A stretch of 64,000 bases of DNA from positions 1,728,001-1,792,000 of the forward strand of contig OZ244052.1 of assembly GCA_965215125.1 (NCBI GenBank). The letters run 5' to 3'. How positions within the stretch are numbered: position 1 is the stretch's first letter; every line of letters begins with the position of its first letter. This DNA is from an uncultured candidatus Porisulfidus sp. GTDB lineage: Bacteria > Pseudomonadota > Gammaproteobacteria > Poriferisulfidales > Oxydemutatoraceae. The position numbers were made by a program, and so were the translations under genes. Positions 10,314 through 19,860 of this stretch are shown here, in pieces. The notes under the pieces were generated by a model. It was not told the origin of the DNA. It saw nothing but the letters and a program-made list of their open reading frames with translations, and ran no database searches.

Positions 10314-12141
10314 ATTTATCTCTATAATTTTCTTTGAATGCTTTGTCTTGTTCGTCTTTGATGAGCATCAGATTGGCGATGATCAATATCTCAAGTTCGG
10401 TTGCCATAAAACACTTGAATGCGTCCTCGGGTGTGCAGACAATCGGTTCTCCGCGTACATTGAACGAGGTGTTGACGAGTATCGGACAACCGGTAAGCGT
10501 ATAGAACTCGGAGATGAGCTTATAATAATGTGGATTGGTATATTCGTCAACGGTTTGTATTCTAGCACTGTAGTCAACATGAGTGACCGCCGGTATCTCC
10601 GAGCGAGGGATGTTTAATTTGTCAATCCCGAATAATGCCTTCTCTTTTTCCGTCATGGTGTACCTTTTGTTTTCCGAGACACTAGCGACTAATAACATGT
10701 AGGGGCTGTCGGTATCTAATTCAAACCACTCGTTTGCATGTTCTTGTAGTACGCTCGGGGCGAAGGGTCGGAATGATTCACGATATTTGATCTTCAGATT
10801 GAGATGCTTTTGCATTTTAGGCGACCGCGGGTCGGCGATGATACTCCGCCCACCGAGTGCCCGAGGTCCGAATTCCATACGGCCATTCATCCATCCTACG
10901 ATTTTACCGTTTGCCAACGAATACGCAGTTTTTTTAATAATCTCCGGTTCGGAGTATTCCTTGAATTTAGCACCTAGACCACTTAGCTTTGCCTTTGCCT
11001 GTTCGGTAGTAAAACCGGGCCCTAAATACGCGCCGTGCATATTATCTTTTCCGTTGCCGATGGTACGTTTCTTGCCTAACATGATATGGTAAGCGGCTAA
11101 TGCGGCACCTAATGATCCTCCGGCATCGCCGGCTGCGGGTTGTATCCAGATATTATCAAAAACTTTTTCTCGTAGTAGCACACCGTTGGCAACGCAGTTA
11201 AGTGCTACGCCACCCGCCAAGCAAAGGTTTTGCAACTTGCTTTCGGTGACAACATTTCTAGCTAGTTTTAACACAATCTCTTCGGTCACTTTTTGTATAG
11301 AGGCCGCAATATCCATTTCTCTTTGTGTTAGTCTACTTTCGGGATCACGCGGCGAGCCGCCGAAAAGCGCGTTGAATTTTTTGCCGATCATCTTTAGGTC
11401 GGTGCAATAATCAAAATACGACATATTCAAATGAAAAGAGCCGTCATCTTTGATGTCTATTAAATTATCTTTGATAAGATCTATGTATTTGGCATCGCCG
11501 TAAGGTGCTAAACCCATCAGCTTGTATTCGCCGGAGTTTACTTTGAAGCCGGTGTAATAAGTAAATGCCGAATAGAGTAATCCGATGGAATGGGGAAAGT
11601 GGATTTCTTTGTGGACTTTTAGATTATTGCCTTTTCCGATTGCCAGAGAAGTTGTAGTCCATTCGCCTACACCGTCCATTGTAAGAACTGCCGCTTCTTC
11701 AAACGGTGACGGATAAAATGCGCTTGCGGCATGGCTTAAGTGGTGTTCGCTGAACAGCAACTTGTCGTAGCATTCGATGTCTTTGGTGAATATGGACCTT
11801 AATTCTTTTAGAATCACGGATTTTTGAAACAGTTTGTCTTTAACCCAAATGGGCATTGAGGCGGCAAAGCTCTTGAAACCTCTGGGTGCAAACGCCAAAT
11901 AAGTTTCCAAGAGACGCTCAAATTTGAGAAAGGGCTTATCGTAAAAGACGATATAATCAATTTCCTGCGGTTTGATATTTGCCTCGTTCAAGCAATAATT
12001 GATCGCTTGAACCGGGAAACCGGCATCGTGCTTTAGCCGCGTAAAACGTTCTTCTTGTGCGGCGGCGATTTCTCCGTCTTTAATCAAGCACGCGGCACTG
12101 TCGTGGTAGTAGGCCGAGATACCGAGTATATATATTGCCAA
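10300..12141 (-). CDS. O-carbamoyltransferase (NodU/CmcH/SxtI family)
   Basis: GISAYYHDSAA, EERFTR, EHHLSHAASA, DGVGE, GGVALNC, EFGPRALGxRS, FRPFAP and NTSFN motifs. Confidence 0.93.
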   Translation of the reverse strand: MAIYILGISAYYHDSAACLIKDGEIAAAQEERFTRLKHDAGFPVQAINYCLNEANIKPQEIDYIVFYDKPFLKFERLLETYLAFAPRGFKSFAASMPIWVKDKLFQKSVILKELRSIFTKDIECYDKLLFSEHHLSHAASAFYPSPFEEAAVLTMDGVGEWTTTSLAIGKGNNLKVHKEIHFPHSIGLLYSAFTYYTGFKVNSGEYKLMGLAPYGDAKYIDLIKDNLIDIKDDGSFHLNMSYFDYCTDLKMIGKKFNALFGGSPRDPESRLTQREMDIAASIQKVTEEIVLKLARNVVTESKLQNLCLAGGVALNCVANGVLLREKVFDNIWIQPAAGDAGGSLGAALAAYHIMLGKKRTIGNGKDNMHGAYLGPGFTTEQAKAKLSGLGAKFKEYSEPEIIKKTAYSLANGKIVGWMNGRMEFGPRALGGRSIIADPRSPKMQKHLNLKIKYRESFRPFAPSVLQEHANEWFELDTDSPYMLLVASVSENKRYTMTEKEKALFGIDKLNIPRSEIPAVTHVDYSARIQTVDEYTNPHYYKLISEFYTLTGCPILVNTSFNVRGEPIVCTPEDAFKCFMATELEILIIANLMLIKDEQDKAFKENYRDKYEMD

Positions 12142-12144
12142 CTT

Positions 12145-12294
12145 CTAAAATAGCGTATATACAAACGGTGATACTACGGTACCTTGTGTAAAAATTATCA
12201 ATGCTCCGAAAACCACCATTACGATAATCACCGGCGCGAGCCATAACTTTTTACGTACTTTGAGAAAGCCCCACAGTTCGATTAAAAATTTCAC
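12145..12294 (-). CDS. Small membrane protein, DUF5989/SxtK-like (49 aa, not in the ORF track)
   Basis: GTG start after AAGGAG; translates to MKFLIELWGFLKVRKKLWLAPVIIVMVVFGALIIFTQGTVVSPFVYTLF. Confidence 0.85.
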   Translation of the reverse strand: MKFLIELWGFLKVRKKLWLAPVIIVMVVFGALIIFTQGTVVSPFVYTLF

Positions 12295-12307
12295 TTAATG
12301 TGTCTCC

Positions 12308-12718
12308 TTAAAATTGGTTCTTAAACGACGAAGGTTCCGGCCCTATAGGTTGTCTGTTTTTCCAGTAGGTTTCTTTATTCGGTTTTTTGATTTGCAGTTC
12401 GTCCCGTCCGAAGGCTCTAGTTATAACGGCAATCGGGGTAATCAATACGAAAAATATAATACCCATTATAACAGGACTGACGATTTTCCCTAATACAATT
12501 CCTAGATACATCCACGCGCGATTAAACGGAAGCAGTATGTTCGGGATGAAGAGTGTCACCGTAAGCGTTGCAACGGTTAGTAGCGCGAATATAACCTCTA
12601 CACGATTTAGGCTACCGTCGTAGAAGAGGACGGTGATGAGTGCGAAAATTCCGCTGAAGAAAAACCCGAACTTACGATTGGAGACGGGTGTTTTATATTG
12701 CTTGAAGCTGTATTGCAT
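12308..12718 (-). CDS. SxtJ-family membrane protein
   Basis: SNRKFG, PFNRAWMYLG..LGKIVSP, TP..RAFGRD and YW..NQF motifs. Confidence 0.85.
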   Translation of the reverse strand: MQYSFKQYKTPVSNRKFGFFFSGIFALITVLFYDGSLNRVEVIFALLTVATLTVTLFIPNILLPFNRAWMYLGIVLGKIVSPVIMGIIFFVLITPIAVITRAFGRDELQIKKPNKETYWKNRQPIGPEPSSFKNQF

Positions 12719-12757
12719 AAAAGACACGATAGTATTTGATATCTCGCTTCGGTTTTA

Positions 12758-13312
12758 TCAATCAAGCGAGGCACTCTGACTGTCGCTCGGTGCTTTGGGT
12801 TTTTTCGGTGTTTTGTGGGCGACACCGACATGGCACGAGATACAATTTTCGCCTTCGGTGTGGGCGCGTTCGTGTTTGCGTTTTGCGGTTCTATCTTGTT
12901 CGTCGAGATCCATAGCTTGAAATTGATGGCAACTCAGGCATGTTGTTGCGTACGAGGAATCGAGCCTACCCCATACTTTGTTTGCCATTCTCCAGCGGTG
13001 TGCCTCGAATTTTTCTTGACTGTCTATGGTGCCGAGTATTTCGTGCCACACATCTTTTGCCGCCATCAATTTAGCGTGCAGTTTGAGATCGAGCTGCTCG
13101 GGTACATGACAATCGCTACATTGGGCGCGTATGCCTTGCAGATTTGAGTAGTGAACCGACTCTTTCCACTCCGCCTCAACCCACTGCATAGAGTGGCAAG
13201 AGGTACAGAACTCAGTGGTATTTGTCGCTTCCAGAGTGGTTGTAAATGCGCCGGTGGCAACGATGCCGGCAATGAAGACTACACCGATTGAAATAATTCC
13301 TTTGTATTTCAT
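12758..13312 (-). CDS. NapC/NirT-family membrane-anchored tetraheme cytochrome c
   Basis: N-terminal TM; CTSCHSM, CSDCH, CLSCH and CISCH heme motifs. Confidence 0.92.
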   Translation of the reverse strand: MKYKGIISIGVVFIAGIVATGAFTTTLEATNTTEFCTSCHSMQWVEAEWKESVHYSNLQGIRAQCSDCHVPEQLDLKLHAKLMAAKDVWHEILGTIDSQEKFEAHRWRMANKVWGRLDSSYATTCLSCHQFQAMDLDEQDRTAKRKHERAHTEGENCISCHVGVAHKTPKKPKAPSDSQSASLD

Positions 13313-13384
13313 TTAAATATCCGTATAAGGACTATAATTATATATCATTTATCGAGTTTAGTCGCCTTATTTTATGAAAACAAA

Positions 13385-14020
13385 ATGAACAGCAGGGTGT
13401 TATTCGAGGTGCGAGAATTGCATCTAAGGCGAGGTACGGTAGCAGGGCGCGCGCTAAACTTTGCTTTGCGTGCAGGTCAGTGGTGCGTGTTGAGCGGAGA
13501 AAACGGTTCCGGCAAGACGACATTGCTACGGGTGTTATGCGGTTTATCGGAACCGCGCAAAGGGTTTGTAGGTTGGCGAGGTTTTGCTATCGGCTATTAC
13601 CGCAAGCATTATCATCAAACTTTTATCTATATCGGACACAAGTTGGGATTTAGAGGTGGTTTGAGCGTCAAAGAAAATTTAAGTTTCTATCGTGATTTAA
13701 GAAATCGGCACGGTGTTGCCGGAATTGACGAAGCGATAGATTACTTGGGACTCGAAGATGTTGCCGACCGTCCCTATGCATCCTTGTCGCACGGTCAGCG
13801 GCAACGCGGTGCATTGTGTCGCTTGATGACCGAAGAAGCCCAACTTTGGCTACTCGACGAGCCCACCGGTGCATTGGATAAGCAGGGTCACGATATTTTT
13901 CAGGAGCTTTTAAGTGCGCACTTAGACAAAGGTGGCATGGCAGTCGTTGCAACACACAAGCCGTTCGCACACGACATATTGCAGGGTGCGCATCGACTAA
14001 GATTGACTGCCGATGTTTAA
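13385..14020 (+). CDS. ccmA: Cytochrome c maturation ABC ATPase CcmA
   Basis: GENGSGKT, LSHGQ, WLLDEP; first gene of the ccm operon. Confidence 0.93.
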   Translation: MNSRVLFEVRELHLRRGTVAGRALNFALRAGQWCVLSGENGSGKTTLLRVLCGLSEPRKGFVGWRGFAIGYYRKHYHQTFIYIGHKLGFRGGLSVKENLSFYRDLRNRHGVAGIDEAIDYLGLEDVADRPYASLSHGQRQRGALCRLMTEEAQLWLLDEPTGALDKQGHDIFQELLSAHLDKGGMAVVATHKPFAHDILQGAHRLRLTADV

Positions 14021-14681
14021 GCCCTTATTCGCATTACTCAAATGGGATTTGTTGTCGGTGGTGCGGGAGCGTAGCGATTGGTTGATCGCAATTATTTTTT
14101 TTACGATTATCGTCAGTTTATTTCCACTGGGTGTCGATGCACAAAGTTCGGTGTTGAGTACCTTTGCACCCACTGCGATATGGGTTGCCGTGTTATTGTC
14201 CGGTTTGTTGTCGCTGGAACGGGTTTTTAAGGATGACTTCGACAACGGCATTTTGGAGCAACTGATGTTGAGTTCTCGTAATATCTATACGCTCGTGGGA
14301 GCGCGTATTTTCACACATTGGTGTACTACCGGGCTACCGTTCACGATACTCGCCCCGCTATACGGTTATGCTCTGGGTATTCCGCTCCATGCCTTGACAG
14401 ATGTAATCTTCGGTTTATTATTAGGTACACCGACACTGAGTGCCCTGGGTGCCTTGGGTGCGGCGTTAACCGTTTCCTTGAGGCAGGGCGGCATGTTGTT
14501 GGCATTATTGATAATGCCTTTTTACATACCTTTGTTGATATTCGGAACAAATGCGATTGATTTGGCAGCGAGCGGATTGCCGGCGAATGCGCCTTTGGCT
14601 TTTCTAGGTGCCATGCTGATTATCGGTATCGCTTTAGTGCCGATTGCCGTTTACGGTGCGCTGCGGGTCGTATTGGATTGA
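14013..14681 (+). CDS. ccmB: Heme exporter permease CcmB
   Basis: FKDDFDNGILEQL and LLxxPxxIPLLIFG motifs. Confidence 0.93.
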   Translation: MFKPLFALLKWDLLSVVRERSDWLIAIIFFTIIVSLFPLGVDAQSSVLSTFAPTAIWVAVLLSGLLSLERVFKDDFDNGILEQLMLSSRNIYTLVGARIFTHWCTTGLPFTILAPLYGYALGIPLHALTDVIFGLLLGTPTLSALGALGAALTVSLRQGGMLLALLIMPFYIPLLIFGTNAIDLAASGLPANAPLAFLGAMLIIGIALVPIAVYGALRVVLD

Positions 14682-14687
14682 TTTGAT

Positions 14688-15437
14688 ATGGATATTAGAA
14701 CTTTTTATAGGTGGGGTACTTTGCCTTTTTTCTACCGTTGGACGACCGGTTTACAGCCGTGGTTGTTTGCGGTCACATTGATATTATTTGCATTCGGCTT
14801 ACTGTGGTCTTTGTATATTGCGCCACCCGATTATAAGCAGGGAGAAGCCTATCGCATTATTTATATACATGTGCCGGCAGCATGGATGTCTTTATTCGTT
14901 TATATCGTAATGGCGTTCGCCGGATTGATCTTGCTGGTGTGGCGAGTCAAGCTCGCCGAGTTGATACACCGTGAATGTGCGGTAATCGGCGCGGCGTTTA
15001 CCGCGATCACTTTGTTGACCGGGATGCTGTGGGGAAAGCCCATGTGGGGTGCTTTTTGGGTATGGGATGCGCGTTTGACTTCGGAGTTGATACTACTGTT
15101 TTTGTATCTGGGCGTTATCGTATTGGGTTCTGCGATTGACGATCGCGAAAAAGCGGCACGTGCAACCGCAGTGCTTGCAATCGTCGGCGTGGTCAATATC
15201 CCGATTATTCATTATTCGGTTATCTGGTGGAACACCTTGCATCAGGGACCTACGATTACCAAATTGGATGCACCGTCCGCGCATGTTAGCATCGTACTCC
15301 CGCTACTTTATATGGCAGTGGTATTTAAGTTATACTTTATTACCACATTGCTTGCCCGTATCCGTATGCGGATTGCCGATATGTGTCGCGAGCAACATTG
15401 GTTTAAGCGATACTATGATTTAATCGAGGTTAATTAA
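14688..15437 (+). CDS. ccmC: Heme exporter CcmC
   Basis: HVPAAW, WGKPMWGAFWVWDARLTS (WWD motif), TLHQ. Confidence 0.96.
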   Translation: MDIRTFYRWGTLPFFYRWTTGLQPWLFAVTLILFAFGLLWSLYIAPPDYKQGEAYRIIYIHVPAAWMSLFVYIVMAFAGLILLVWRVKLAELIHRECAVIGAAFTAITLLTGMLWGKPMWGAFWVWDARLTSELILLFLYLGVIVLGSAIDDREKAARATAVLAIVGVVNIPIIHYSVIWWNTLHQGPTITKLDAPSAHVSIVLPLLYMAVVFKLYFITTLLARIRMRIADMCREQHWFKRYYDLIEVN

Positions 15438-15586
15438 TGAACTGGTTTTTAATGGGTGGTTATGCATGGTTTGTATGGCCTTCTTATATAGCATGTGTAT
15501 TGATAATGTTGTGGCTTGCGGTGTCGCCGTATCGCCGCCATCGGCACACGATAGAGAAACTCAAGCGATCGCCGAGTAGCCGATGA
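15437..15586 (+). CDS. ccmD: Heme exporter protein CcmD (49 aa, not in the ORF track)
   Basis: MNWFLMGGYAWFVWPSY..., one TM and a basic tail; overlaps the ccmC stop and ccmE start. Confidence 0.88.
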   Translation: MNWFLMGGYAWFVWPSYIACVLIMLWLAVSPYRRHRHTIEKLKRSPSSR

Positions 15587-16014
15587 CATCGAGGCACAAA
15601 CAAAGATTGGCTTTTGTCACTATTTTGCTACTCGCGTTTAGTGTGGCGACGGTTCTGGTGTTATACGCACTGGAAGAGAATCTGCTTTATTTTTATACCC
15701 CCAGCCAACTGACGGAACACGCACCACCCGAAGGGCGTAGCTTTAATTTAGGTGGAATGGTTGTAGAGGGCAGCGTGAGTCATAGCGATGCGGTTTATTT
15801 TTCGTTGACCGATTATAAAGACACTATAAATGTCGTTTATTACGATATTCTGCCCGATTTATTCGGTGAAGGACAAGGAGTCATCGCAACCGGACGCTTA
15901 AATCCCGAAGGTATTTTCGTCGCCGAAACCGTACTGGCAAAACACGACGAAAACTATATGCCACCCGATGTTGCCGAAGCACTCAATATGCCCATTCCGT
16001 TGAAACAAAAATAA
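15583..16014 (+). CDS. ccmE: Heme chaperone CcmE
   Basis: LPDLFxEGQG and VLAKHDENYMP motifs. Confidence 0.96.
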   Translation: MTSRHKQRLAFVTILLLAFSVATVLVLYALEENLLYFYTPSQLTEHAPPEGRSFNLGGMVVEGSVSHSDAVYFSLTDYKDTINVVYYDILPDLFGEGQGVIATGRLNPEGIFVAETVLAKHDENYMPPDVAEALNMPIPLKQK

Positions 16015-16025
16015 TCCTGGAATCG

Positions 16026-17960
16026 ATGATCGTAGAATTAGGACATTTTTTATTGGTGCTTGCGTTGAGCGTTTCCTTACTGCAAGGTGTCGCCGGTTTG
16101 GCGGGTGCGCAATTCAATCGTGTTGCACTGATGGCGGTTGCCCGCCCGGCGAGCTATGCCTTATTCGCGTTATTACTGCTGTCGTATCTCGCACTGAGTT
16201 ACGCCTTTGCGACCGACGATTTTTCGGTGCTTTATGTTGCCGCTCACTCCAATACGAGTTTGCCTGTCTACTATAAGTTATCTGCTGTTTGGGGTGGACA
16301 CGAAGGTTCTTTATTGTTATGGGCATTTGTATTGGGCGCATGGATACTCGCAGTTGCGTTATTGAGCCGCAAACTTCCCGATACTTTTTCCGTCAGAGTG
16401 TTGGGTGTTATGGGGCTTATTGCCACCGGCTTTTTGCTGTTTATGCTGGCAACCTCCAACCCTTTCGAGCGACTATTTCCGATGCCTGCCGACGGTAGAG
16501 ACTTGAACCCGTTGTTGCAGGACCCCGGCTTGATCATTCATCCACCGATGCTTTATATGGGCTATGTAGGCTTTTCGGTTGCTTTCGCTTTCGCGATTGC
16601 AACATTGCTCGGCGGCAAATTTGATTCGAGTTGGGCACGGTGGTCCAGACCGTGGGTGTTGGCGGCGTGGGTGTTTTTGACGATCGGTATTACACTCGGT
16701 AGCTGGTGGGCTTATCACGAACTCGGATGGGGCGGTTGGTGGTTTTGGGACCCGGTTGAAAATGCGTCTTTTATGCCGTGGTTGGTCGGCACCGCACTCA
16801 TTCATTCGCTTGCCGTAACCGAGAAAAGAAATGCGTTTAGAAGCTGGACTCTGTTGCTTGCGATATTGGCATTTTCGCTGAGTTTGCTGGGTACCTTTTT
16901 AGTGCGCTCCGGTGTGTTGGTATCGGTACATGCATTCGCAAACGACCCGGAGCGAGGTATTTATATATTGGCATTTCTCACCGTCATGATCGGCAGTGCT
17001 TTGCTACTCTATGCGGCACGCAGTCCGCAGATCAAAAGCGGCGGCGTATTCGCGTTGGTTTCACGCGAGCATCTATTATTGATCAATAATGTATTGCTGG
17101 TGGTGGCAATGGCGTGTATTTTGATCGCCACCTTATATCCTTTGGCGATGGATGTATTAGGTCTCGATAAAATATCGGTGGGTGCGCCGTATTTCTCGGC
17201 GGTATTCGTGCCACTGACCTTGCCGTTGGTGTTCTTGGCGGGATTGGGACCCAAAATGCAGTGGAAGCAAGCGAGTCTGAAGCAATTGTGGCAGGCAACA
17301 CGAGGCGTACTCGGTATTGCAATCGTCGTCGGAACAATTTTATTACTTCTGGTCGGCGACCATTTCTCGTTGTTGACCGTGTTGGGCGTTGTCGCCGGAG
17401 TATGGATTATCTTTGCAATGCTCAATACATTGTTTAAGTTGGATAATAACACCTTCTCCGGATCATTCACTCTGAATCGGTTGCGGAGCTTGCCGGCTTC
17501 TTTTTACGGCATGAACATGGCACATATCGGGATGGGAATTTTCGTTTTGGGGGTTACCTTCAGTGGTGCTTATAGCGAGGAGAAAAATGCATTGCTCGGC
17601 GAGGGGGAGACAATCACGATCGCCGGTTATCGTTTTGTATTCAACGGGGTCGGCAACAAAGAAGGTCCGAACTATAGCGCACTGGAGGGCGAACTTGATG
17701 TCTATAAAGACGACGAGCAGGTTGCAACGCTGTATCCGCAAAAACGCGTCTACCGGGTACAGACAAACCCGATGACCGAAGCGGCGATAGATGCAACTTT
17801 ATTAAGAGACCTATATGTTTCGTTGGCGGAACCGGTCGGGGATCGTTTCGGAGTGCGGGTTTATTACAAACCTTTTATACGCTGGATTTGGATCGGTGCA
17901 TTGCTGATGGCACTCGGCGGTTTGTGGTCAATCGGCGATAGACGTTATCGCTCGGACTAA
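16026..17960 (+). CDS. ccmF: Cytochrome c synthetase CcmF
   Basis: WGGHEGS, LNPLLQ..HPP, WGGWWFWDPVEN, SVHAF. Confidence 0.97.
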   Translation: MIVELGHFLLVLALSVSLLQGVAGLAGAQFNRVALMAVARPASYALFALLLLSYLALSYAFATDDFSVLYVAAHSNTSLPVYYKLSAVWGGHEGSLLLWAFVLGAWILAVALLSRKLPDTFSVRVLGVMGLIATGFLLFMLATSNPFERLFPMPADGRDLNPLLQDPGLIIHPPMLYMGYVGFSVAFAFAIATLLGGKFDSSWARWSRPWVLAAWVFLTIGITLGSWWAYHELGWGGWWFWDPVENASFMPWLVGTALIHSLAVTEKRNAFRSWTLLLAILAFSLSLLGTFLVRSGVLVSVHAFANDPERGIYILAFLTVMIGSALLLYAARSPQIKSGGVFALVSREHLLLINNVLLVVAMACILIATLYPLAMDVLGLDKISVGAPYFSAVFVPLTLPLVFLAGLGPKMQWKQASLKQLWQATRGVLGIAIVVGTILLLLVGDHFSLLTVLGVVAGVWIIFAMLNTLFKLDNNTFSGSFTLNRLRSLPASFYGMNMAHIGMGIFVLGVTFSGAYSEEKNALLGEGETITIAGYRFVFNGVGNKEGPNYSALEGELDVYKDDEQVATLYPQKRVYRVQTNPMTEAAIDATLLRDLYVSLAEPVGDRFGVRVYYKPFIRWIWIGALLMALGGLWSIGDRRYRSD

Positions 17961-18017
17961 GTAGGGCGCATTACCGACGACACCAATAGGGTTATCTCAA
18001 TAAAGCAATCGCAGCGA

Positions 18018-18076
18018 AATAGAACCGCCGATTGAGCCAGTAGGTCAATCGGCATGATATTGCGCAGAACTTTAAC
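18018..18076 (+). repeat. Hairpin repeat module B (AATAGAACCGCCGATTGA-GCCAGTAGG-TCAATCGGC-TGACATTGTGCAGAAC-TTAAC)
   Basis: Other copies at 22875-22911, 46090-46146, 49788-49819 (partial), 62248-62285 (partial), 63425-63482 and 63533-63591. Confidence 0.9.
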
Positions 18077-18130
18077 GTATTCGGATGAGGGTTCATGTAA
18101 TTGGGAAGTTATTGCCAACTTCCGGCATGC

Positions 18131-18397
18131 TTACTTCAATGAAGTAATCGCAGTAAAAATTATTTCAGATAATCCTAAAAATAATGCGATGCCTACACTC
18201 ACAACCCATACAATCATGGTGTTTTTTGTATCGCTTATTTTTTCTATCAGTTTAGTCTCTTGCTCTGCTAAACCTATTTTCAGGTCTGCCTTAGTTGCCA
18301 TATCTTTTGAATTTGCGACTTCGGATAAGGCTTCCTTTGCTTCCTCCGGATTAGCACCTAATTTTGTCAATACATTGTATAGAGCGATTTCCGATAT
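18131..18397 (-). CDS. Small coiled-coil protein with C-terminal TM helix (DUF1640/CCDC90-like)
   Basis: DMATKADLKxxLAExETKL...MIVWVV motif. Best SD (AGAGGA) precedes an in-frame ATA at 18397; the ORF track starts at TTG 18370. Confidence 0.6.
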   Translation of the reverse strand: MSEIALYNVLTKLGANPEEAKEALSEVANSKDMATKADLKIGLAEQETKLIEKISDTKNTMIVWVVSVGIALFLGLSEIIFTAITSLK

Positions 18398-18426
18398 TTT
18401 GATTCCTCTTTTGCACCAATACTTAA

Positions 18427-18699
18427 TTAGTTGTTTTTCTTTTTAATGCGCTCTTTGACTTCCATACAGGAAATTATGTATTCGTTAATGGCTTTTCCTG
18501 CATTAGCGAGAATCTTAATTGCAGATCCTATAACAATAACCAGTCCTAATATATAAAGGGGAAGGTTATCAAAGTATAAGCCTAGTAAGGCTACAAACAT
18601 GCCAATACCTCCGAGTGCCAGCACTGCCAATAAATCAATTAAAGTATTACTTTTAGGCACTTCCTGCCGACGTTGCGCAATGTTCAGGTGTGCTTCCAT
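18427..18699 (-). CDS. Hypothetical two-TM membrane protein
   Basis: ATG preceded by AGGAG; two hydrophobic helices; AT-rich. Confidence 0.6.
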   Translation of the reverse strand: MEAHLNIAQRRQEVPKSNTLIDLLAVLALGGIGMFVALLGLYFDNLPLYILGLVIVIGSAIKILANAGKAINEYIISCMEVKERIKKKNN

Positions 18700-18902
18700 T
18701 ATGTTGTCTCCTACCGAAATTATGCATAATGTAGTGATTATATCATAATCGTTATGCCGGTATGGCAGGATTTTCATCGGTAAATCAAAAGGAATATAGT
18801 AAAATCACACTATATGACGATGAAAAATAAAATTGCCGCTTGCCGTATCCTCAGTTTCTATGACTAAAATTTTTTAAGCGTATTAAAAGTGCTTTAAGAA
18901 CG

Positions 18903-19448
18903 ATGCGATTGATAGTGTTATTGACAGCTTTTTTTGCAATGCTGGTGCTGTTTGCCGTCGGCTTGAAGTTGGATCCTTCGTATGTGCCGTCGCCGTTGGT
19001 CGGTAAAACGATGCCGGCTTTTGCAGCCGAAGATCTGCAACAACCGACGCAGCGTATAGAACAGAGCGACTGGCTGGGACAACCGGCACTGGTTAATATC
19101 TGGGCAAGTTGGTGCGTGGCATGCCTGAACGAACATCCGTTGCTGATGGAATTTTCACGACACGAAGAATTCCCTATCTACGGTATAGGTTATAAGGATA
19201 TCCGCAAAGACGCACTGCAATGGCTGGCACGGCACGGCAATCCCTATGCGATGAGTTTGCACGATATCGACGGGCGCATCGGGATAGATTGGGGTGTGTA
19301 CGGTGTGCCGGAAACTTTTGTGATAGATCACGTCGGTGTTATACACTATAAACATATAGGTCCTATAAACGAGATACTGATGCAAGAAACACTGCTACCT
19401 TTACTGCAAAGATTACGCACCGAGCAATACGATGAAACCACAGGCTAA
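18903..19448 (+). CDS. ccmG: Thiol:disulfide interchange protein CcmG/DsbE
   Basis: WASWCVAC, EHP and GVYGVPETF motifs. Confidence 0.94.
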   Translation: MRLIVLLTAFFAMLVLFAVGLKLDPSYVPSPLVGKTMPAFAAEDLQQPTQRIEQSDWLGQPALVNIWASWCVACLNEHPLLMEFSRHEEFPIYGIGYKDIRKDALQWLARHGNPYAMSLHDIDGRIGIDWGVYGVPETFVIDHVGVIHYKHIGPINEILMQETLLPLLQRLRTEQYDETTG

Positions 19449-19860
19449 AATCATTTTTCTAGTATTGAATATAATTTTATTGTGGTCTTTGGCGTGTTCT
19501 ATCGCCGTTGCCTTATCGACTACCGGGTTATTACCCGAACAAGAACAACGTTATCATGATTTGCTCAGAGAATTGCGTTGCTTGGTGTGCCAGAATCAAT
19601 CACTCGCCGAGTCCGATGCCGGTTTGGCAGCCGATTTGCGAGACGAGGTAAAGGCGATGATAATGGAAGGAGCCGACGACAACGAGATTTTCAAGTTTAT
19701 GACCGAGCGATACGGCGATTTTGTTTTGTATCAGCCACCGTTCAAGCCACAGAATTATCTATTGTGGGTTGCGCCGTTTCTATTATTGTTGATAGGTCTG
19801 GCGGTATTGATTAGAAATGTTGCGCGGCAAAACCGTGCGATAAAACCCGAGGCCGATTAA
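19432..19860 (+). CDS. ccmH: Cytochrome c biogenesis protein CcmH
   Basis: LRCLVCQNQSL, RYGDFVLY. Confidence 0.94.
   Translation: MKPQAKIIFLVLNIILLWSLACSIAVALSTTGLLPEQEQRYHDLLRELRCLVCQNQSLAESDAGLAADLRDEVKAMIMEGADDNEIFKFMTERYGDFVLYQPPFKPQNYLLWVAPFLLLLIGLAVLIRNVARQNRAIKPEAD

Noticed and set aside
9270-12718. Saxitoxin biosynthesis cluster
   Set aside because: No sxtA/sxtG or other core genes; sxtI/J/K-like cassettes occur outside toxin producers.
18131-18699. Prophage remnant or toxin-antitoxin pair
   Set aside because: No integrase, structural genes or recognisable TA domains.
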